Shown piece after piece: positions 25,785 to 36,400 of a stretch of 64,000 nucleotides of DNA (positions are counted from its first letter, which is position 1; every line of letters begins with the position of its first letter). Below the pieces are notes generated by a model. That model searched no databases. It saw only the letters and a program-made list of their open reading frames with translations, and had not been told where the DNA came from. The translations under genes were made by a program, and so were the position numbers. Where the stretch lies: NCBI RefSeq assembly GCF_037042905.1, contig NC_087251.1, forward strand, positions 40,922,001 to 40,986,000, given 5' to 3'. The stretch is from Lytechinus pictus (Eukaryota).

Positions 25785-28700
25785 GCGAAATTATTTTTCC
25801 CACCGAGTTCTGGACCAACATATGAATATTCATGAGTTGCGTCTTCGGATTAAGAGTACGCATGCGCGTGGACTTGGCCTCGACCAGTGCCGGTCGTAAG
25901 CATTCACGTTGCTCAGAATTAATTAGCATCGTCATATTACCGGTACCCTTACATAGTTACATAGGCCTTATAGGCTTAGATCTATATATATATAAACTCC
26001 TCAAAAAAAAGTTTGGAAATCTGACTTTGATCGATAATCCCTCCTCGGATTTAATAAATAACAATGTTTAATTAATATCAACGAATAGAACATTTAATTT
26101 TCTTGCAGTCAGATGTCATCAAAGCACTATTATCTTGATCATGACCCCTTTTGCCTAATAATTTTGACAACATTTTTCAAACCAATAGAGATATACATAC
26201 ATATAATACTAGAAACTCAGCTGATACTCGTGCAATATATGGCCATTATTCTTTCTCAAACAACATATTTTTATGTAGGGGACCCATTATTTGGAATAAG
26301 ATCCCTCAAAATATCAAGCAGTGCAAAACCCTTCAAAGCATTAAAAGACATTTAAAAATACATTTCATGCAGAAAGTCTAATACTAATAGTAATACTGAT
26401 ATAGATAAATTGTATACTTTTGTTATGTTTGTTGTTCTGTATTTCCTGACTGCATTTGTTTTTTAATTGTGTTGTTTTGTGTTAATTTCAGGATCACTAA
26501 CTTATAAGTTCCTTGTAACTTCTCAGTGATCCTTCCACTATTCTTAAATATACTCACTTTTGTTATAATGTATTTCATTGAAATATTTATACTTTTTGAT
26601 TTGTATGTTTTTTATGAAGACTGTGGTAAATAAAGTTTCAATTTTAATTTCAATTAATCATTGTTAAAAGGGCATCCTTGCGCAATGTTGCCAGCGCGAA
26701 CCACCAGCTCAAACTTCTTGACATGTCGTGTAATAAGACATGGAAATTAAATATTTTGAGCTGGTTTTGTAATCATGAAAAAGATGTCTATCTAACTAAA
26801 AAACAACTTTACGCTCGCTAAATTTTTTGTATATACTGACCAGTAAAGGAAGCAGTTAATTACTGCATTTTAAATAGGATACATAACTCACCAATAAAAA
26901 TAATGCGAGTGCAAAGCGCGAGCTCAAAAATTTGTGATATTCCAACCTGAACACTGGACATTCTAAGCATTTTTTTTTGTGAACGGGAAGAGAACGAGTA
27001 CAATAATTGATGCGAGTGCAGGAAGCGAGACAAAAATTTGTGATATTCTAACCATAAAACAACATTTTATACATTTTTGTAACCATGAGCAGGATTAGTA
27101 CTGTACTAAACAATAATTGATGCAAGCACGATTCAAAATCTGTGATTTTCGAACCTAAAATGTATTATGTTTTATTATTAAAGAAGGTATATTTCTCTTT
27201 TAAAAAGGGCATATTTCATTTGGAAAAAAAAAATCCTACAGGGATTTTTTTTTTTTGGGGGGGGGGGGGGCAAGAGAGCACAAAGCGCAAGCTAAAATTT
27301 TCACATGCTTAAACTGAAAATGAGTCAATTTTAGGACTCTTGTCAGTTTTCATATTTTTTTCTGCTTACAACCACCTTTAAATTTCAATTCTCATTTCTT
27401 GTATCTTCTACACTTATTTTACCTAAAAAAACAGAATAAAGAATACTAACAAAATAAAGTTATATTCAAAAGGATATAAAACAAACAGGGCGCACCCCAT
27501 ACCCTTAGTTGGGAGAGGGTAAATCTTAATTATTTCTTTAAACAGTTAATCAATCATTAATTATTAATATTTATTGATAATATTAATAATTTTTAATTAT
27601 TCAATTATTATTTTTTTATTATTATTTCTTGAAACCATATTGACACAAAAACAAATACGTTGTTTATTTCCTTGAAACTGTAGAGAAATGAAATTCACTG
27701 TTGAACGATATATGATTAAAAAAGAAGTAAACATTTCTTCCCCTTTGTTTTGTCAATCTGACCCAAAACATATATACAATTTAGAAAAGAGATAGAGAGA
27801 AGAAGAAGTTCCACCACCAAGAATAAACTTAGACAAGGGGGGGGGGGGAGGGAAAGGAAAAGATGGAGTAAATGTGATATTATTTTTTAAACAATCTATC
27901 GCAAAATTAGCTTTTCCTATAGAAAGAGGGGGACAAATTTTGTTCACTCGCTCGCTTCAATCGCTTTCTTCTTTTTTTTTGACAGAAATTTTGCTTTGTA
28001 TGCCATGTTTGGCCCCTCAAAGTTTCTGGCTCATCATGCCATTGACATAACCCATTTGAATATGACAAAATTGAAGACTGTGTTCAAGTTTACCAAATCT
28101 TTTCAGAATATCATTAAGACTTAAAACATTCTTGTTGGCCAAAGAAAATAATACAAGGAAAATCCTAATGGAATAGAAATCAACCTTGTTATCGTTCTTT
28201 AGAGTTAGCTATGTTTAAAGTATGAAAATTGTTGTCAAAATTGCAGTCAGATGTAAAAATTATTCTTGTCATCAAAGCACTATTATCTTGATCATGACCA
28301 TTATTATTTACTGTCATTATCATCATATGATTACAACATATTACCAATACATAATGCTATTTTTCATAACTGATGTATTCTTTGTTTGAATTTCTTGATA
28401 ATGGTGACAATTACAATTGATGACACTGCTAGTACACTTACTACTGCTGCTGCTACTGTTACTGGTGATTGGTAGTATTGACCATTAGTGTTATTAAATA
28501 TATTTTAAAAAAACAATTGAAACATTTATAATTACTTATTTCAAACAAATGAAAGTACAAAATACAAAATGCCTTGAAATTTCAATGCTCAAAATCCTCA
28601 AGGCCAAGGCCCTCTCAACGCCAAGGCTTTGAAAAAGTAGGCATTAAGGCGCCTTAAGGCCAAGGCCGAGCATCAAGGCACTACAACACCGATTATATAC

Positions 28701-29042
28701 AGTAGTACTAGGCATTAATTAGACAGGTCCAGATTTGAGGTAAAGTTAATGCGCTAGCCTAAGCTAGCCCTACCCTAGCACATGTCTTGCCATTAATGGC
28801 AGCTAGTTTATTAAGTGTTTAAGAATTGGATATATATATAAGCCTATCTAAGCCTATAAGACCTATGTAACTATGTAAGGGTACCGGTAATTTGACGATG
28901 CTAATTCATTCTGAGCAACGTGAATGCTTACGATCGGCACTGGTGGAGGCCTAGTCCACGCGCATGCGTACTCTCAATCCGAAGACGCAGGTCATGAATA
29001 TTCATATGTTGGTCCAGAACTCGGTGGGAAAAATAATTTCGC
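25785..29042. mobile_element. non-autonomous Mutator-like element (MULE), ~200-bp TIRs
   Basis: 25785-~25980 is the inverted complement of ~28847-29042; G...C termini; exact 9-bp TSD GCCCCGCCC (25776-25784; 29043-29051). Confidence 0.8.
26148..26660 (+). mobile_element. LINE 3' end inside the MULE
   Basis: HTYNTRN...RGPIIWNKIPQNIKQCKTLQSIKRHLK, then AATAAA-like tail. Confidence 0.7.
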
Positions 29043-29271
29043 GCCCCGCCCCCTCGATCGCTTGTCGAGTTATGTCGCGAATTAGCGCTTTTGCTTTTTT
29101 GTAATTGCACTTCTGTTGCAGTCAAAATGGTTTACAGTGGTTACGGCGGTTTGCGCGATCAAAATTTTCTCCAAGAATCGTGAGAGAAATTTCTTAATTG
29201 TTGTAATGTTGGAATAACTTCTACATCATATTATCAGACAAGAAGATATCAGTATTATGGTTGACACATAG
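29043..29271 (+). promoter_or_regulatory. candidate betaH-spectrin promoter (GC box) and non-coding first exon ending at AG|GTGAGA (29271)
   Basis: CpG-rich unique sequence with GCCCCGCCC, followed by a good donor; the first coding exon has an upstream acceptor and so needs a 5' exon. TSS not proven. Confidence 0.4.
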
Positions 29272-29379
29272 GTGAGATGATTCAGTAAATAAATCGAATG
29301 TTTCGTATGATTATTGATTCTTAATTTTTGTAATAAGCCGAGTCACTCAGCTCAGGCTCTCAGTCTCAGCTCAGCTTAA

Positions 29380-29987
29380 CCCAGAGAGCTCCAGCCCGCG
29401 TAGCGGGCTGGAGCCCAGACGCTCAGTGTGCAAACGGGCATTAAGGTGAGAGTACCGTGAAGTTTGGTCAAAATAATTTTGATAATACATAATTAAAACA
29501 GAAATTAAGCACTTACCACGATTGTAGGGATGATAGTCTAACGAGTGGCAGTTTCCTGACATCGAGGCACAGACTGGAACCTCAAAAAACGATCAGTTCT
29601 GTCGCGGTGGCTCTCCTTCTTTCAAAATTCATAGCAAAATGGCCGTTCGAGAGGGTGTAGGGCGCATGCGCGAATTTGACAAAGTCTATATGCGCTAGTG
29701 CTATACTAGCCTCGGTCTCGATCGGCCATTTTGTGTTGAATTCTGAAAGAGGAGAGCTACCGCGACAGAACTGATCGTTTTTTGAGGTTCCAGTCTGTGC
29801 CTCGATGTCAGGAAACTGCCACTCGTTAGACTATCATCCATACAATCGTGGTAAGTGCTTAATTTCTGTTTTAATTATGTATTATCAAAATTATTTTGAC
29901 CAAACTTCACGGTACTCTCACCTTAATGCCCGTTTGCACACTGAGCGTCTGGGCTCCAGCCCGCTACGCGGGCTGGAGCTCTCTGGG
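29380..29987. mobile_element. piggyBac-like foldback MITE, ~265-bp near-perfect arms
   Basis: TTAA|CCCAGAG...CTCTGGG|TTAA; explains the mirrored identical ORFs at 29371-29562(-) and 29805-(+). Confidence 0.85.
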
Positions 29988-30077
29988 TTAAGCTCAGCTC
30001 AGAGAGGCGCGCGTGAATGTTACGAAAATTGGTGGTGTCCAACGGGACACCTGCGGCCGCTCAGTGGTCGGGCGGCG

Positions 30078-31491
30078 CACAGTGGGCCAGAATGAGTTGA
30101 AAGTGCGCCAAAATTATATTCCGTGTTATATTTTTACTTGAACATGTTGATTACGGGTAATTTTGGGCGTAGAATCGACTGAACATAATTTAAAGCCGAT
30201 ATGACGTCACTTTGATACAAAATTTTGATTGGCTAGGGCCTACTTAAGTCTTAAAGTTAAATTAAAACCTAGGGCTAGGGCCTGGCCCTATCTGCATGAT
30301 CTGTGATTGTGAAAAGACAAATTACGCTAAACAATGTGCAGTACCTGAAGCTGTAACTTTGTGTTATGACTTTTGTGTTACTTTAAGATTGACCAAAGTG
30401 AATGTTGATTTATGCTTCTCACATGCCTAAAAAGTGTGTATGAGATCCTGAAAATAATTGTATGGCATCAAAATGATCATTAGATCTAAAAAAAAATACT
30501 TACAAATCTGAAAAATATTAACCATGCTTTATCAAGCGGTGTAGACTTGGGTAAAACGCAGAGTATATAACACCACGAATGTTTTACTATGAGGAGGGCT
30601 TTTGGCTGAAATTATTCTACAAGTAATTTTTATCTCTGGAAGAGGGGGTGGGTAGCCTTTACCTTTACTCGAGATTCTGGAAGAGTGCTGTGGATCCCAG
30701 CAGTCGGGCTTCCAGTTCTGTGCCATTTTCATCCGTCTCAATGATTGGTGTGGTGTCTGCTCAGTGTCGTTTTGGCTCTTATATGCATTATCAACCTTTA
30801 TTTTGTTTGCATTATGCCCGGAATTCATGTCATTTTCATGGAATTGAAGGAGAATCGTCCTCGCCGTGCAAAAATGAACGGCAATGTACACCCCAAACGC
30901 TGCGCTGCGATGACTGCGCGGTATAAAAATGACAGTTTTTAACAGGTTTTGGGGGTGTTGTGTCAAGTAAAATCGGCTCTAACATAAAAACGTGCAAAAA
31001 CGGGCAGCTAAATTTGGTATCTTCTTAAAGCTTAGACATCTGGCAAAATGGTGATGATCGAATTTCAACGGAAATCCACGGAAATCGAAACGTTTCTAAT
31101 GTAAATGCAAATAACATGGATTACCAGCATATTTCGAGGAATTATTATCCTATAAACATCCTGAAATGTGTCTTTTATCTACTTTGAACCCTTTCACTTA
31201 AAAAAGAATATATCAGGATTATGTGGGTGCCATTTCAGATTCCTACATGAAAAACCTCATGTGAAATTGCTTGTTTTTCAACTAAGTTGTCATATACGCG
31301 GCATTTCGCAAAATGTCACATTTTACGTTTTGAGGTATGAAATTAACATCCTTTATGCAAATTCCCGAATGAAATATTTTGCTGAAGTATTCTTCAAAGT
31401 GTTGTCTTTCAGCTGGGCATGACAAAATCAAAAATCTAAAATTGCCCAAAATGACTTTTGGCGCACTTTTGTTTCGCCCCGGCCCATTGTG
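30078..31491. mobile_element. non-autonomous Transib/RAG-like DNA transposon with RSS-like termini
   Basis: Ends CACAGTGGGCC...GGCCCATTGTG, shared subterminal AAAGTGCGCCAAAA, exact 5-bp TSD CGGCG (30073-30077; 31492-31496). Confidence 0.8.
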
Positions 31492-32157
31492 CGGCGGGGC
31501 GATGATGCGTGTGAGGGGCCGGTGTAGTGGCGTATTTCATAGTACTGTATATGGTTCCACCGCCGGCAGATATGGCCGCGCCGGCAGATATCGTTTATAC
31601 TTTATAGTCATACTATAAACGAGTTAGTATAGGCAAGTTCCCCTAACTTAAGTCTGCGCATGCAGTCCCCCTTCCTTGTCTGCGCATACCGGTACGTGTA
31701 TCTGCGTGATTCTAATTTCTAGTAAAATATGATACGCAACGAACACAAATTTTACACATCTAAATTAAATGTAATGCATAGAATGATACACAGATATTAA
31801 TTACAAAGTCCGACTCACAATGCCGGGTTGAGAAATTTGGGCATTTCTTGTCATGCTTGTGACGGCCTCAAAATGCAGCCTTAAAGTTTCTCATCAAAAT
31901 CCCCGAATTGCGTGCAAAGTGAATGGGTGCGCAGACATGGGGCACCATTTTTTTGTTCAATCTGAAAATGACTGCCCAAGGTTTTTTCCAAGAAAATCAT
32001 TTATTTTCTTTCAAATTTTTATAAGATATTTTGCACACTAACTCATAATGATGTAAGGAACATTATCAACTGAAAGATTTTGTGAAATAAAAAGAAATTC
32101 ATGTTAAATCTTAACTCAAATCGTTAGGTGCACAGACTTGGGGACCACCATCATACT

Positions 32158-32800
32158 ACTAGCCTTGACTTCGTGATGATATTTTTTAATATTTTGATAT
32201 ACCGCCCGGTATACTTCTTCATCACGAAGCCTTGAAACTCTTCCCATAGACGCATTTAAACGAGATCTTCAGTAGGCCTACAGTGCACACCCGGATGGAT
32301 TTCCCTAGGAAATCCATATTTAGAGGGTGATTATAAATAATATAATAATCATTTTTAATCAAGTTTAAAATTTCATTATTTGTTAAATAATAATTTGTAT
32401 CTATAAATTGTTCTTCAAAATGGCATTTTGTAACATCGCTTATCGAAGGTACGTACGTCATAACGCAGTGGTTCAAGGGTCAAGCCTATTGTATTTGCTT
32501 TGTTGACAAACTTATCGAGGGATCTGCACGAGATCGGTCTTGTAAGAAACCTATAATTTTTCACATTCATAGTGAAATAATTTTTATCCCTTCATACGCA
32601 TTAGGTGAACAAAGGTTCATAGATAAATAAAATAAATACATACAAACTGATTTCGCCCTCTAAATATGGATTTCCTAGGGAAATCCATCCGGGTGTGTAG
32701 GTCTCGCTTATGCGTCTATGGGAAGAGTTTCAAGGCTTCATGGTGAAGAAGTATATGTCAAAATATTAAAAACTATCATCACAAAGTCCTCAAGGCTAAG
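32158..32800. mobile_element. foldback element with ~170-bp imperfect arms
   Basis: gaagccttgaaactcttcccatagacgca...cccggatggatttccctaggaaatccatatttagaggg is mirrored at 32655-32800. Confidence 0.7.
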
Positions 32801-33306
32801 TTAGTACATTGATTGGTAATTAGGGTCAATGAACTTAGACCATGTTTGGGAAATCAACATCAAAATCTTTACCTTAGGTTTTGTGAATAGGGTCTTATTT
32901 AATAGTAGTTTTCAAAGTCAGCACTGCTAATGCAGGCGAGACTGCCAGAGGCGCTCCACTTGTTTCATCCTAAATTATTTTTAGTGTCAATGAAACTGAA
33001 AGTTACTCTGTAGTCTGTACCCCCTGCTAAAATTGAATAAAAATATATATCCATATGGCATGGAAAATGATATATTTATTATATTGAGTACCGGTATGAC
33101 AAAGTTTGATATATATAGAAATATTGTATCACTTTTCCATGCTCAGTATTATACATGTATCTGATTTTGTAAGCCATATTAATACTGATTATCATCGTTG
33201 CACAAGGGTGGATATACAATGTAAGTGCTTGATAAATGCATAATGATTATTATTCATTTTGTTGGCGATTTGTGTTATTTACTAGGTTTGCTTACCCTAA
33301 ATTATC

Positions 33307-33435
33307 ATGGCCTCTGTCGGGTCAGGCCAAGGCGCTAGTCACTTTGAGAAGGGGCGTATCCATGCACTACAGGAGGAACGCATCGCCATTCAAAAGAAGA
33401 CTTTCACTAAATGGATCAACTCACATTTGTCAAAG
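33307..33435 (+). CDS. SPTBN5: betaH-spectrin coding exon 1 ([43 protein letters not shown])
   Basis: Acceptor at 33285 implies an upstream non-coding exon; donor AAG|gtacag. Confidence 0.9.
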
Positions 33436-36400
33436 GTACAGTACAACCCCCTTCAATTATCCAACTAACACACAGTCAAATAACCTTTATTTAGATCTAT
33501 TTTTGTAATCACTGTAATGCACAAAACATCCCATTGTGCCCTTTATCATTATCATCGATATCGTTATCGTCACCATCATCATCTTCATCATGATCATCAC
33601 CACCGTCATCAACATCTCATGATTATCATGAACATCATTATCCTCCTCTTCCTCATCATCATTGTACATGTATATACCCCATGAATAATATTCAAACAAT
33701 GATCGCATCATGTTTTATGCTGCATTTGCAAGCATAGTGTACATTATTAGAAAGGCCTTTAATAGGGAAATTGTATGTTACAGTTGACCTATGTGTGAAA
33801 TTGATATCTTCATCTGGTAATAATGTTTAAAGACGTCTTTCCGATGTAATAAGCGCTCCTCAAAGGGGAATATTATTATTGCAAAAAAGGGATTCTTTCA
33901 CTTGGACCCTGGTGAAAATTAGATGAGGACTTTGGGCAGGGGGGGGGGGGTGTCCTGCATTCAATGATAATTTTATATATTGTAATCTGAGCTTGATTTG
34001 ATCTCTGAAGCATACTGAAACCTGCATTTTATATCCATAAGAAAAGTTCAATGTCACAATATTTCAAGAGTATTTTTCAGGATTCTGCAGTCTTATTCCG
34101 CCATCTTCTGGGGCCGATTGCACGAAAGGGTCTTTTCAAGGACCGTCTTTCGTGTCGCCCATCTTTTATGATGCGCTATAAGCGGGGTGTTTCTGAAATT
34201 TATGATAAACAGATAAAATTCGTTAGCTTGCTTTTAAATCAAATTTTATACAATTTAATGAGATATCACATCATTTTATAAACATATATTTTGTTTATTT
34301 TAACGGACAAATAAAATATATTTGCAGATAATTTATTTGAAATGCGTTTCACATGGCGTATCATAAAAGATGGGCGACACGAAAGACGGTCCTTGGAAAG
34401 ACCCTTTCGTGCAATCGGCCCCTGAATGACCTTCCTTAGCAGACAAACCGTCACTTTGCATTGTATATACCCATGTACTCCATCACTCTCTTTTAATTCT
34501 TTCTTTGCAGGCAAACCTGCACATTGAGAACCTGTTTGAAGACCTCCATGATGGGAAAGCACTGATGCGTCTTCTTGAGGTTATATCGGGTGAGTCGGTA
34601 GGAAGACCCAATCATGGCAAGTTACGGGTGCAGAAGATGGAGAACATTAACAAGGCCCTCCGGTTCCTCTCATCTAAGGTTAGTCTTTTCAACTTTGTCT
34701 GTTGAAATTCATTGTTGTTTGTCTGTTGTAGATAGATGTAGACGTAAGATTGAGACAAGATTAATTAAAAGCATACCTTTTTAATTTTTTGACTAGGTCA
34801 TGTAGAAATGATGGGGTGTTTCAGAAAGATTTTAATCTGACTAAACGTTGAAGAACTTTACTGTGTGTGGTACAAAACAATACTGAATTGGTTAGGTCAC
34901 ACTCATGGGATGCGTGCTACCACGTACATGAGATTGTGTTAAAAAGCATGTGCATGTTAGCACTTATGTATGGCTTTAAGTGTGAAAACACTTCCTGTGT
35001 TTTTATTGCTTCTCGTAATTGATGAACGCAGTAAGATACATGGAGAAAACTTGAATATAGCCTGATTATAGGTAAATTGTTTTGTCTCAATTCACAATTT
35101 TATAGTGGAATTAGGTTCTGTTCAATCACCACATTCAATTCAGGTCAAAAGCTAAGGGAATGTGGAGAAATATGAATAATCTTTTATGAAATTTGTGAAG
35201 AGGCCATATCCAGTAATGTACTTTACATTTTTTTCATTGTAGTCTTTTCTATTATCGTGTTGGATTGTGCAGTGGTAACATTAAATAACTCACAAAGAAC
35301 ATGTGAATATTACATGTAATATGCATTGTTTGATTCAGTCTGTTGTAAAACAGAACTTTAGATGAGTACAATTTATTCTGCCTACCTGCCTTCAAGTTCA
35401 TCTTTATGCCAGTACAAGAATACCATGCACATGTAGATATGTCCTATATATCGTTGAGATTTTAATGTTTGTTTTGAAACGATAAAACATGAAGAAAAGT
35501 CACTCAGTATAAGTGACAGTACAGGTTGAAACAATTGAAATGTAATTTTTTTCAGAGATCACTCCAGCAGATACTTAAGCTTTCCCTTTTTGTGGAATTT
35601 AATATTTTTTTATTATTCTACATCCAAGTGAATAAAATTTTGTATGTGAGCTACATCTAGCCACTATCACATCTTTGTTTATCAATTTGATGACTAGGGT
35701 TGAAAATTATATTGCGAGACCTATGCCAAGTAGGAATGTGTACTTTGGAGTGACAGGAGTGATTTTCTATGCAAATATTGAGAGTATTAACTGCTGTGTC
35801 GTCAACATTGAAATCTTAACCAAAGTTGAGTGCTTGAAATATCCCCATAAATAGACATATTTCTTGAAACTTGGACACAATAGTAACCAAGTATCAATGG
35901 ATATGCTCCCTGAGTTGAAGGTCATGGAGGGTCATTGAATTGAACTTAGAGTATGTTGAGAGAATCATCTTCGAAATCTTAATCAAGATTAAGTTTTCAA
36001 AATGTCATTATAACTTTAAAAGTAGATGGATCTAGTTCATGAAACTTGGACATTAGAGTAATCAAGTATCACTGGACATTTTGCCTGAGTTTCAGGTGAC
36101 TCAGGTCACATGACGAGGGTCAAAAGTCATTAACGGTCAGTGAACTTAAACCATGTTGAATTATTTGTTGAAATACCTTCATAAGTTAATTTTATGGATC
36201 CTGTTTATGAAACGTGGACATAAGGGTAATTGAATATCACATATCATATTGCACAAGTCTTAGGTCACACGATCAAGGTCAAAGGTCATTTATGGTAAAG
36301 AAATGTAGTATTTCATTATCATATGAAAATGGCGCGTTTTAAACGGTGTGTTTTAAAACATGTTTTAAAACGCGTTTTAAAACACCCGTTTTTTTTACAA

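Noticed and set aside
25687..29125. Similar short ORFs containing RNYFSHRVLDQHMNIH
   Set aside because: They are translations of the two MULE TIRs.
29371..30095. Two identical ORFs (MSGNCHSLDY...) on opposite strands
   Set aside because: Artefact of the inverted arms of the piggyBac-like MITE; no recognisable domain.
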